The notes under the pieces: generated by a model
The model's database searches: none
What the model saw: only the letters and a program-made list of their open reading frames with translations
What the model was told of the DNA's origin: nothing
Translations under genes and position numbers: made by a program
Assembly (NCBI GenBank): GCA_001661245.1
Contig: KV454018.1
Span: 927,629-947,628, forward strand
Direction: 5' to 3'
Source of the DNA: Pachysolen tannophilus NRRL Y-2460
Lineage: Eukaryota
Length of the DNA: 20,000 nt
Part shown: positions 8,110 to 17,890 of the stretch, in pieces
Position numbering within the stretch: position 1 is the first letter of the stretch
Layout: the number at the start of each line of letters is the position of its first letter

Positions 8110-11100
8110 ATGACTAGAACTGTTCTTTTACGAATAGATGAATCTGGTGAGCCGCTCTTAGGTTATAGTAAGGGGATAAATAAAAATGGTGTAATCACGT
8201 TGCCTAGTATACCTTATCTAAATAATGATTCAAAGTCGGCTATATTCATCATAAAATTTTTGATTGAACCTGGTACTAGAATTAGTAATAAAGGAACTGT
8301 TTGGTCAAATTTTCCTCCTAACTATGATACTTATTTTGATAGACAAACATTTTACAAGCATGTAATAGATCATACATCGTTTGATAAAGATTATTCATTT
8401 GATATTCCAATTTTCAAACCTGGTGCTTACTGTTATTACGTTTCATATTATTCCATTAAAAATGATGTTGAAGGCTCTCAGGCATTAATCACAACTAGAA
8501 AATTTTATATTAATGTTCCTCCGTCATTAGAGATAAATAAAAAATCTTTACCTTTGAATTCTATCAATTTACAATCAATGGTTAGTAAATGGATGGGATC
8601 TGAATTATCTGATTGGAACAAATATTTTAGCCTAGTTAAGGAAAAAGGTTATAATATGATTCATTTTACTCCATTACAACATAGAGGTCAATCTGACTCG
8701 CCTTATTCCATCTATGACCAATTGAAGTTTGATCCAAACATTTTCGAAAATAATGATCAAGTTAAAAAAATTATTAGCGATTTGGAAAAAGATTATTCCA
8801 TATTATCATTAACTGATATTGTTTGGAATCATACTGCAAACAATTCTGCTTGGTTAAGAACTCATCCGGAATCGGGTTACAATAGAGTAACTGCTCCACA
8901 CTTAATCCCAGCTATTGAATTAGATATATCTCTTCAAAAATTTAGTAGCAAAATGAAACGTTATGGGTTTCCAACAGTTATTACATCAACTTCAGATTTA
9001 CTTAAAATTATGGATGGAATCAAAGTACATGTCTTGGGTGAATTAAGATTATGGGAATTCTATGTGTTAGATATTGACGATTTTTCACAAAAGTTGGAAA
9101 AAAATTGGAATGATTGTTCAGATAAAATTCAACCAATTGCAGATATTCCAACTGATATTAAAGCAAATCTTGGTGATTTAGCAAGATTCGTTGTTGAATA
9201 TTGCAATAATGGTGTTCAATATTCTTTGAATTGCAAAAGGTTTGGTAATTCACTAGATATCTTGAAATTTATTTCAATCTTGAAAAACTTATATCCTGAA
9301 AAAAAAGCTTATCTGGATATAAAGTCGGAATCGTTAAATATAATATCAGCAATTAATTTGCCCTTATATAAGGAATATGATGAAGACGTTGAAACAATTT
9401 TGGAGCAATTGTACAATCGAATTAAATACTTGAGGTTAGATGGAAATGGTCCAAAATTGGGGGAGATCACTGAAGAATCGCCTTTGACTGAAAATTATTT
9501 TACAATTTTCAAAGGTCCAGATAATGAACAATGGGAACTAGCTAATAATGGTTGGATCTGGAATGGGAACCCATTGGTAGACTTTGCTTCCTCTAAATCA
9601 AAAAGTTATTTAAGAAGAGAAGTGATCATTTGGAGCGATTGTGTGAAGCTACGGTATGGTTCTTGTGAAGAAGATTCTCCTTATCTTTGGTCAAGAATGA
9701 TGGAGTATACAGAATTGTGTGCTTCGATATTTTGTGGCTTCAGAATAGATAATTGCCATTCTACACCATTACATGTTGGTGAAAAGTTATTAGATGTAGC
9801 AAGAAAGGTGAATCCACAGCTTTATGTTGTCGCTGAGCTATTTACAGGAAGTGAAGAGATGGATAAATTATTTGTGGAAAGATTAGCAATCAATTCGTTA
9901 ATTCGAGAAGCAATGCAGGCATGGTCTGTTCAAGAATTATCAAGATTACTCCATCGTCATGGCGGTCGTCCGATTGGATCATTAAAATGGTTACCTCTTG
10001 ATGAATTTTCATATCCTATTGGTAACAAATCTGTAAATGATCTTCTTGAGAAAGTACCTGAGCCTAATATAGATAAAGTATCTGAAATTGCAATCCCTAG
10101 AGTGTTGACAGCAACGTCTCCCCATGCATTGTTTATGGATTGTACCCATGATAATACTACACCTTATGATAAAAGGTGCGTGGAAGATACTTTACCAACT
10201 GCTGCCTTAGTTTCATTATGTTCAAGTGCCACTGGAACAGTTTTTGGATATGATGAGTGCTTTCCCCACTTGTTAAACGTAGTCACAGAACATAGGTCTT
10301 ATACTACTGAAGCTCATATTGGTATAAGTCAAGTCAAGACCAAATTGAATCTGATAAGAAAAGAAGTCAATCAGCAAGGAACTGATATTTCGGATGAACA
10401 CGAAGCTTATGTTCATCATGAAGGACAATATATTACTTTCCATAGATCCAATCCCAGAACGGGAAAAGGATATTTTTTGATTGCAAGAACAAAGTTCACA
10501 ACTGAAGAAGATCAATGGCTTGCTCCCATTTATCTTGCAGGAACTAAAGCTAAACCAGAGTTTAGTTACAGCTTAGTCAAAATAGGGGAACCCGATGAGT
10601 CTCCATCAAAATTTATCAATCCGGTTCCAACAAAGTTAGAAACTCTACCTGAACCTACTGTGGAATATGATTTTGACAAAAAAGAAACAAAAATAACACT
10701 TCCTGATAAATTTCCACAGGGTTCGATCGCTATATTATCAACTTCTGTTTTAACTTGTAATGATGAACTCGATAAATTTGTCAGGACAGGTGCGATTGAG
10801 GCTACAAGGTTATTAACATTGGTAGATTTGAATGTTTTGATATATCGTTGTGAATCCGAAGAAAGAGATGCTAGTGCTGGTAGAGATGGTGTCTACAACG
10901 TTCCTAATTATGGGAATTTGGTATATGCTGGCCTTCAAGGTTGGATATCAGCTTTAGGGAATGCTATATCTGACAATGATTTAAGCCACCCCTTGGTTGA
11001 ACATTTAAGAAATGGTTATTGGGCTTTGGATTACATTGTCAATCGGCTAGATAAATATTTACCCTCTGATGGTGTGTCGCTTTTCTTGAGCTGGCTACGT

Positions 11101-12696
11101 TCTAGAATGATTCAAATCAAAAATGTGCCTCTCTTTCTTTTACCTCGTTATTTTTCCCTTTTTGTTGGAACTGCTTATGAAGCTTGTCGGTATAGAGCCT
11201 TGAGTTTACTATCTCCTATGATTAGAGATGGAACGTGGTTTGTGCAATCTTTGGGTATGACTTCCATTCAGATGTTAGGTAAAATGCGGTCAGCTTCTTT
11301 AAAACCCTTTGAGGAAGTACCTTCTTTAAGTGCTGGATTACCTCATTTCTGCTATGACTATATGCGTTGTTGGGGAAGAGATGTTTTTATTAGTATTAGG
11401 GGATTATTGATTGTAACTCAGCGTTTTGATGAAGCAAAATGTCATATTTTGGATTTTGCATCTACTTTGAAGCATGGATTAATTCCAAATTTGTTAGGTT
11501 CCGGGAAGGAACCACGTTATAACGCAAGAGATGCGGCTTGGTTTTTTTTGCAAGCAGTCCAAGATTATACTGATGCATGTCCTAATGGATTGTCTATTTT
11601 GAAAGAAAAAGTGAAGCGCAGGTTTCCCTTGGATGATACACATGTACTGGTTGATGATCCTTTAGCATTTAGTTATGAAACTTCAATTGAAGATATCATT
11701 TATGAGATTTTATCTCGCCACGCTAAAGGCATTAAATACAGGGAATTCAATGCTGGATCAAATTTAGATTCAAAAATGAAAGATGAAGGTTTTAATGTAG
11801 AGGTGAAAGTTGATTGGAAAACTGGTTTAATTCATGGTGGAAACCAGTGGAATTGTGGTACGTGGATGGATAAAATGGGCGAGAGTAGTCTTGCTGGAAA
11901 CATCGGATATCCTGGAACTCCCAGAGATGGAGCAGCCATCGAGATCAATGGATTGTTGAAAAGTTGTCTAAAATTTGTCAACAAACTTTATACAGAAGGA
12001 TTATTCTCTTATGATACGGTCTATACACAAGACGGACAGGAAATATTGTTGACCAAATGGGAGCAATTGATTCAGGAGAATTTTGAAAGATGTTACTATA
12101 TTCCAGAAGATCCAGCAGAAGATCACAATTATGATCTCGATGAAGGAATTATAAATAGAAGAGGAATATATAAGGATTTGTACAAATCAGGTAAACCTTA
12201 TGAAGATTATCAATTACGTCCCAATTTTTCCATTGCGATGACAGTTGCACCGGAACTATTTACACCAGTTAAAGCTTTGAGAGCATTACAAATTGCTGAT
12301 AAAGCAATTAGAGGCCCTGTTGGAATGAAAACGTTGGATCCATCTGATTACAATTATAAACCATATTATTTGAATAATGTTGATAGTACTGATTTTGCAA
12401 CTGCTAAAGGTAGAAATTATCACCAGGGACCGGAATGGGTATGGTGTTTTGGATATTTTATGAGAGCGTATTCCAAGTTTCATATCATAGAACATAGTAA
12501 TCGTAAAGATGTTAATTTCATTTACAATTTAATAGGAAAGCGTTTAGAAGGCAATAGAAAATGGCTAAGAGAGAGTCCATGGGCAGGATTGACCGAACTT
12601 ACTCAAAAGGACGGGCTGTTTTGTAATGATTCTAGTCCATCACAGGCATGGTCGACCTCTTGCTTATTAGATCTATATCATGATTTAAGAGTTTAA
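8110..12696 (+). CDS. GDB1: Glycogen debranching enzyme (4-alpha-glucanotransferase / amylo-1,6-glucosidase), 1528 aa
   Basis: GH13 motifs GYNMIHFTPLQ, DIVWNHTA, GFRIDNCHSTP, VAELFTG, DCTHDN. Glucosidase-domain motifs WGRD, HGLIPNL, TWMDKMG, NYHQGPEW, LTELT...QAWS. Confidence 0.98.
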   Translation: MTRTVLLRIDESGEPLLGYSKGINKNGVITLPSIPYLNNDSKSAIFIIKFLIEPGTRISNKGTVWSNFPPNYDTYFDRQTFYKHVIDHTSFDKDYSFDIPIFKPGAYCYYVSYYSIKNDVEGSQALITTRKFYINVPPSLEINKKSLPLNSINLQSMVSKWMGSELSDWNKYFSLVKEKGYNMIHFTPLQHRGQSDSPYSIYDQLKFDPNIFENNDQVKKIISDLEKDYSILSLTDIVWNHTANNSAWLRTHPESGYNRVTAPHLIPAIELDISLQKFSSKMKRYGFPTVITSTSDLLKIMDGIKVHVLGELRLWEFYVLDIDDFSQKLEKNWNDCSDKIQPIADIPTDIKANLGDLARFVVEYCNNGVQYSLNCKRFGNSLDILKFISILKNLYPEKKAYLDIKSESLNIISAINLPLYKEYDEDVETILEQLYNRIKYLRLDGNGPKLGEITEESPLTENYFTIFKGPDNEQWELANNGWIWNGNPLVDFASSKSKSYLRREVIIWSDCVKLRYGSCEEDSPYLWSRMMEYTELCASIFCGFRIDNCHSTPLHVGEKLLDVARKVNPQLYVVAELFTGSEEMDKLFVERLAINSLIREAMQAWSVQELSRLLHRHGGRPIGSLKWLPLDEFSYPIGNKSVNDLLEKVPEPNIDKVSEIAIPRVLTATSPHALFMDCTHDNTTPYDKRCVEDTLPTAALVSLCSSATGTVFGYDECFPHLLNVVTEHRSYTTEAHIGISQVKTKLNLIRKEVNQQGTDISDEHEAYVHHEGQYITFHRSNPRTGKGYFLIARTKFTTEEDQWLAPIYLAGTKAKPEFSYSLVKIGEPDESPSKFINPVPTKLETLPEPTVEYDFDKKETKITLPDKFPQGSIAILSTSVLTCNDELDKFVRTGAIEATRLLTLVDLNVLIYRCESEERDASAGRDGVYNVPNYGNLVYAGLQGWISALGNAISDNDLSHPLVEHLRNGYWALDYIVNRLDKYLPSDGVSLFLSWLRSRMIQIKNVPLFLLPRYFSLFVGTAYEACRYRALSLLSPMIRDGTWFVQSLGMTSIQMLGKMRSASLKPFEEVPSLSAGLPHFCYDYMRCWGRDVFISIRGLLIVTQRFDEAKCHILDFASTLKHGLIPNLLGSGKEPRYNARDAAWFFLQAVQDYTDACPNGLSILKEKVKRRFPLDDTHVLVDDPLAFSYETSIEDIIYEILSRHAKGIKYREFNAGSNLDSKMKDEGFNVEVKVDWKTGLIHGGNQWNCGTWMDKMGESSLAGNIGYPGTPRDGAAIEINGLLKSCLKFVNKLYTEGLFSYDTVYTQDGQEILLTKWEQLIQENFERCYYIPEDPAEDHNYDLDEGIINRRGIYKDLYKSGKPYEDYQLRPNFSIAMTVAPELFTPVKALRALQIADKAIRGPVGMKTLDPSDYNYKPYYLNNVDSTDFATAKGRNYHQGPEWVWCFGYFMRAYSKFHIIEHSNRKDVNFIYNLIGKRLEGNRKWLRESPWAGLTELTQKDGLFCNDSSPSQAWSTSCLLDLYHDLRV

Positions 12697-12956
12697 AAAT
12701 ATTAATGAGTTATGTTAAGTTATGTTACTTCCCCTCGTTTTTTATATAATTTTTATTATTTTCTTTTTTTTTTTTTTTTGCTTTAGTTTTGAATAAAATT
12801 TAAAAGTCTCTAGTATGATGAGATATTGTTATCGGATCTATGATAATGTCTGAAAAGTAAGCAGATAGAATTAGATGAAAACTATTTTATAAGAAGTAAA
12901 ATAAAATTTAAAAACAAATAGGAGAAATTAAGAGAAAAACAAGAAATTTTCTAAAT

Positions 12957-13760
12957 TTAATCACCAAGCTGCCAAACCTCCAATCCTAGTATTTTAAATT
13001 GAACATGTGAACTCAAAGGTTCATTTCCAAAAGTTTGTACTGAATCGCTTGCACCTTTATATAAATCGCTGTCTATCCATAATCCAAATTTCCCATCACC
13101 AGATCCGATTGAAATAAAATCGTGATTAGAATATATTATAAAATCATTTAAAGATGTATAAGGAAAAACTTTTAATCTCATTTGTTCATGAGATGAAGAA
13201 ATTGTACTTTCTAAATCGTCATCACTATTATTATTATTAATATTAGTATTCGTTAAATTATTCAAATTTGGTATTCTTGAAATTTCAGTTTTCCATAAGA
13301 AACATTCTCCATTTCCGTAATATCTTTTTTTATCCATCGGCCTTAAATATTCATTCACATAACAACCAAAAAGTTGATGATTTTCATCTCTAATAACTAA
13401 TAAATAACCAAATTTCCTGGATCGAAACGTATCTTTAGGAATCATTGAATTATATAAAGTTCTTAAAGATATCCCATTTTGTTCGATAGAATATAATAAT
13501 TGCCAATCATGAGAAATTTGTAATCTTGGAGGTAAATGAAATCTTAATTCTTCAGCTAAAGGCAAACTCAATAACTGGTGTTTTGTTGAAGATTTATATC
13601 CGTTTAATTGTAGAGGGGTGAGCGGCGGGTCACTCAAAAAATTATAATTCTCGTTATTATCTGAAGTTATTGAAGGAGAAGGAGACTTTGGAGCTCTTTT
13701 AAAGATTTCACTTAATCTTTTGAATTTTTCCTTTGAATTTGAAGAAGCTTGTGATTTCAT
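12957..13760 (-). CDS. OXR1: Oxidation resistance protein 1 (TLDc domain), 267 aa
   Basis: WQLLYSIEQNGISLRTLY, YYGNGECFLWK, IGSGDGKFGLWID, TFGNEPLS, LEVW. Start moved to the first ATG (MKSQASS, 13760); the 47-aa extension in the ORF track begins at a non-ATG codon. Confidence 0.93.
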   Translation of the reverse strand: MKSQASSNSKEKFKRLSEIFKRAPKSPSPSITSDNNENYNFLSDPPLTPLQLNGYKSSTKHQLLSLPLAEELRFHLPPRLQISHDWQLLYSIEQNGISLRTLYNSMIPKDTFRSRKFGYLLVIRDENHQLFGCYVNEYLRPMDKKRYYGNGECFLWKTEISRIPNLNNLTNTNINNNNSDDDLESTISSSHEQMRLKVFPYTSLNDFIIYSNHDFISIGSGDGKFGLWIDSDLYKGASDSVQTFGNEPLSSHVQFKILGLEVWQLGD

Positions 13761-14218
13761 ATTAGATTCTATAGAAGAGTATGAAGACAGTAGCAGCAGC
13801 TGAAAGAAGTCATAACTTGATTTTTCAATTGCTCTGTCTTTTATCTTTACTTTTTTTTTTTTTCTCTCCTTCACTTTCCATGATTCCCTTATTCTTAACA
13901 CACTATACTTGTATTATTATTATGTTTTTATATTTATCGTTTTAAAGACAATTAAATGTACCCATTATTTTTCAAAATCACGAAACTTCTTGTAAAATTC
14001 AAGTAAAATTATATTAAAGTCCCCAATTGGATTTCATCAATTACTAATTAACTAAGATTAAATTTTTCACCTAAATCTGCATTAAGCTAGGTGTATCGCA
14101 TTGTTTTTATCTTTAATTTTTTATTTTTATTTTTTTATTTTTTTATATTTTTTTTTATTTAAGGCCCCATGTCTAGGCAATTGTTGTCAAATTTCAGCTA
14201 ATTGTTGTCGAATTCATA

Positions 14219-16531
14219 CTAAATGTCGGTAAGATCTGAATCACCATCACTTTCATCGACAATGTTTTCTAAACCATCACTATCACTTTTTAAAACTCTA
14301 CCATATTTCTTTCTAGGACGCTTACCTCCATTATAACCAGATGCATGATTTGAATGAGTATTTGAAATCGAGTTCATATTAGCATCACCATTAGGATGTA
14401 AGCTCACACCTTCGTCGACATCTGGATGATTGATAAATTCATCATCTACAGCTGAGGAACCCCAACATTCATGCTTATTTGAAGTGAAAATTAAAGAATT
14501 TTTGTAAAACCAATCAGTTATTGATTCATCAATAGCAGAAACAATAGGCCTCAACTGGGTAGTTTTATCTATAAAATTAATTGAAGCTTTTACTAAATTT
14601 TTAACTTCACGATGACCTAGTAAATGTATTATTCCATTATATGAATCACCAACACCAATAAATACCAATTTTGAAACTTGAAAATATTGAATGTAGTTAT
14701 CCCATATATATAATAGAATTTCTTGGGATGTATTTATATTATTGTAATTATCATCATCGCTACCAGTTATAGAAGTAGGGATATTAACATCAATTAACCC
14801 ATATTTTTGTTTTAAAGCCCATTCTATAAATCTCAAACATGAGTCTATAACTATGGAATTTGAAGAATCTAAAATACCTGAAACAGGATCACGTTGGGCC
14901 CAAACTTGAGCAGGATCATGAACTAATATTATTAAAGTTTGAGCTTCGTAAATTGAAGGAGAAGCTAAAACCAGATTTTCTAAAGAAACTGATTCTAGTT
15001 TTGTTGATAAGAGTATTGGTAAATTGATAAAATCATACAATTTAAATAATTCCTTTGATTGCTGTAACCTAATAGAATCATGCAATCTATAATTGAAATT
15101 ATCTACCAATTCCTTATCTGTTGAGTCCGAAGTTACTTGAGAAATGTATCTTGGAGTAGATAATCCACCATATTCAGGTTTCATTGATCTCCAGTATTTA
15201 GACTGAATTTTAATAACTTTTTCAATAGTTTCAATAGTTTCTGGTTTTGCAATTTTTTTCCATAATTCCTCAGGAGGTTCACCAACCAATATTTTAGCAA
15301 CGCTCAATGCAGACTTAGCAATTGAGTCTAAGTTATAACCACCTTCCAACACGACGCATAAATTACCTTTGGCTAAAGATTTCAATTGATGAGTCATATG
15401 ACCGTATCCAGCTGGGGATACATGGCATCCACCAATAACATCACCATCAGCAGCATCAAATCCCGAACTTATTATAACCAAATCCGGGTTGAATTCGTAA
15501 CAAATAGGCATGATAACTCTTCTAAATGCATACATATAGTCAGCATCATCTTTGCCGCCACTGGCCCAAGGAATATTAATATTATAACCTTCACCTTCAG
15601 CTTCGCCACACTGATCAGCAGAGCCTGCAGTTGTTCCTGGATAATATTTCCCCTGTTCATAACGGTGTAAAGATATGTATAAAACACGGGGATCATTTAT
15701 AAAAGCCTTTTGAGTTCCATTACCATGATGGACATCCCAATCAACAATTACTATTTTCCGTACACTTTCTGGATAATTTTTCAAAATATTTTTAGCTGCT
15801 ACCGCAACATTTGAAAACAAACAAAAACCTCCAGGAACATCTGGTTCAGCATGATGACCTGGAGGTCTAACTACTGCCAATGCATTCTTCACCTTCCCTT
15901 CCACTACAGATTTACAAGCTTCGATAGCTCCACCACATGATAATTTTGCACCTAAGAAAGAGTCATGATTAAAATAAACCGAATCTCCCTTTTCAGTGGC
16001 TTCCAATAGCTGCTGCTTATTCATCAAAGTTGTACTTTCAATGAACTTTAAATGTTCTTCTGAGTGAACCAATAGTATTTCTTCTTCTGTAGCTTCTCTT
16101 ACTGGAATCTTAAGCATCAAATCTCCAATTTCGTTACGTCCTATTAATTGGGGGTCATTTATCAATCCATTCTCTGCTAGTATTTTATAAATACGATATA
16201 TTCGACGAGGATCTTCTGGATGAGGATCAATATATTCATAATACGACGTATAAATCTTTGCATGATATCTCATTCTAACATCGTAACACAATCCAGTTTT
16301 TTTCGGAATGTAGAAAAGTTTTGGTGAACAAATTGGTACAATTATTTGTTTCTCATTCAATTCAGTAGTATCTCCATTATAATTGGATTCAACAATCTTC
16401 CTTTTAATTCCATTCAAAGTCTCCTTCTCATCATTAACAGCAGAATTTTCATCTTTCATAACAACATCATTATCCAGAACTTGTATAGGTCCCAGAGTTT
16501 CCCCCATTTTAGATGCATCTTCCGAATTCAT
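14219..16531 (-). CDS. HDA1: Class II histone deacetylase Hda1 with C-terminal Arb2-like domain, 770 aa
   Basis: HPEDPRRI, RPPGHHAE, GFCLFSNVA, DWDVHHGNGTQ, SGFDA, LEGGY; Arb2-like region IILVHD...YGLIDVNIP...PRKKYGRVL. Confidence 0.97.
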   Translation of the reverse strand: MNSEDASKMGETLGPIQVLDNDVVMKDENSAVNDEKETLNGIKRKIVESNYNGDTTELNEKQIIVPICSPKLFYIPKKTGLCYDVRMRYHAKIYTSYYEYIDPHPEDPRRIYRIYKILAENGLINDPQLIGRNEIGDLMLKIPVREATEEEILLVHSEEHLKFIESTTLMNKQQLLEATEKGDSVYFNHDSFLGAKLSCGGAIEACKSVVEGKVKNALAVVRPPGHHAEPDVPGGFCLFSNVAVAAKNILKNYPESVRKIVIVDWDVHHGNGTQKAFINDPRVLYISLHRYEQGKYYPGTTAGSADQCGEAEGEGYNINIPWASGGKDDADYMYAFRRVIMPICYEFNPDLVIISSGFDAADGDVIGGCHVSPAGYGHMTHQLKSLAKGNLCVVLEGGYNLDSIAKSALSVAKILVGEPPEELWKKIAKPETIETIEKVIKIQSKYWRSMKPEYGGLSTPRYISQVTSDSTDKELVDNFNYRLHDSIRLQQSKELFKLYDFINLPILLSTKLESVSLENLVLASPSIYEAQTLIILVHDPAQVWAQRDPVSGILDSSNSIVIDSCLRFIEWALKQKYGLIDVNIPTSITGSDDDNYNNINTSQEILLYIWDNYIQYFQVSKLVFIGVGDSYNGIIHLLGHREVKNLVKASINFIDKTTQLRPIVSAIDESITDWFYKNSLIFTSNKHECWGSSAVDDEFINHPDVDEGVSLHPNGDANMNSISNTHSNHASGYNGGKRPRKKYGRVLKSDSDGLENIVDESDGDSDLTDI

Positions 16532-16928
16532 CGTAGCTTATCGTTAGCTTAATATATAAATTTTTTGAGTTTTTCCAAAACAAAAAAAAAAANAAAAAAA
16601 CAATTAACAATTAAATTTTTTTTTTTTCAAATTCCAATATGAAATCAAATCAAATCATACAATATTTAAACCAAACATATGATACTTCTTCTTCTTCTTC
16701 TTCTTTTTCTCCAGAAAATGAAGTTAAACCAATAGTAACTTAAAATATAAAATATATGGTTTACTACAAACCTTCAAAAATCGGTTTTTCACTTCTCGAT
16801 ATACAAATTTACTGAACCGTCGAGATGGAACGGAAATTGACAGATACTTAATCTTAGTCTTTGAAATAAGACAAAAACCATAATATATTCAAGTTAAGTA
16901 TATAATAATTACAAAAGAAACTAGATGG

Positions 16929-16969
16929 GTTCAGGTATGTTCAGGCATGTTCAGGCATGTTTCAAGAAT
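16929..16969. repeat. 10-bp tandem repeat GTTCAGGYAT x3 plus one degenerate copy
   Basis: GTTCAGGTAT GTTCAGGCAT GTTCAGGCAT GTTTCAAGAAT. Confidence 0.85.
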
Positions 16970-16978
16970 GTTGTAAAC

Positions 16979-17890
16979 TTATTTTTCTTTACTCCACAGT
17001 TTCTTGGCTTCGGGGACTATTTTTTTCCATTCAAAGATACCAGGATTTACGAGTTTTGCGCCTTCTCCTTTATTATAATCAATGTAATTTCTTTTAGGAC
17101 TTGTCATTGTAGCTGTGACTACATTCATAAAATCAATGATATTAATATTTTGCTTTTTATCAGCCTCTGCAGCAATTTGTGATTGTGTATCGTGGGACCT
17201 TTCTTCTACGATTAGTTTAACTCCTTTTACCTGCTCGTATAATTTAAATAATTCATTTTGTGTGTAAGCATCACCTTGGATGCAAACTTTTTCAGGTAAT
17301 TGCAGAGGTGGATGATGAGCCAATGATGCCAATGACTTTCCAATATCCGATACAAATGTTACAGGAATTTCAATATTGCCGTCGCCTACTCTTACAGCAT
17401 GATTTGGCTCTAGGCTTAAAAATAACACTGGTGGTTTGCATATAACCCAATCAGCAAACCAACCAACTTTCAAATGCACGCATTTCAAGCGATCATCGTG
17501 GAAAACATTTTTAAATCCAAGTAAGTTTGGATAATCATTTTTCTCTGGACCATAATTAGGGGTATAAACTGTAGGAAAGAAAAGCTTTACCCCGGCTTTA
17601 GCAGCAGCAGCTATTAAAGATTCGGTATTACCACGAGTTCCAAGATCTATTACGACATCAACACCATTGAAAGCAGAAACTAATGAAGATTCATCACTGT
17701 AGTCCACTTTGTGATATGATACCTCAGAATCAGAAAATTCATCAAATTTGTTATTGCTGGTTGTAATTGCACGAATGGGAAATTTATAATATTCCTTAAA
17801 CTGAGGTGAAGTCAAAGCTAACAATGTTGGTTTACCCAATTCACCGTTGAGACCTACAACGGCGACCGCTTTCTTATCTGAAGAACTCAT
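16979..17890 (-). CDS. NmrA-like / isoflavone-reductase-like atypical SDR (CIP1-like NAD(P)-binding protein), 303 aa
   Basis: N-terminal GxxGxxG (VAVVGLNGELGK), VDYSD...AFNGVDVVI, AAAKAGVKLFFP, GWFADW, GDGN...VTFVSDIG. Confidence 0.85.
   Translation of the reverse strand: MSSSDKKAVAVVGLNGELGKPTLLALTSPQFKEYYKFPIRAITTSNNKFDEFSDSEVSYHKVDYSDESSLVSAFNGVDVVIDLGTRGNTESLIAAAAKAGVKLFFPTVYTPNYGPEKNDYPNLLGFKNVFHDDRLKCVHLKVGWFADWVICKPPVLFLSLEPNHAVRVGDGNIEIPVTFVSDIGKSLASLAHHPPLQLPEKVCIQGDAYTQNELFKLYEQVKGVKLIVEERSHDTQSQIAAEADKKQNINIIDFMNVVTATMTSPKRNYIDYNKGEGAKLVNPGIFEWKKIVPEAKKLWSKEK

Noticed and set aside
13761..13901. N-terminal extension of OXR1 in the ORF track
   Set aside because: It starts at a non-ATG codon and crosses a poly-A tract; the first ATG gives a typical Oxr1 length.
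1460..17445. Remaining short ORFs nested in or antisense to SEF1, the orphan, DOT5, GDB1, HDA1 and the NmrA-like gene
   Set aside because: Short shadows of real genes with no independent domain signal.
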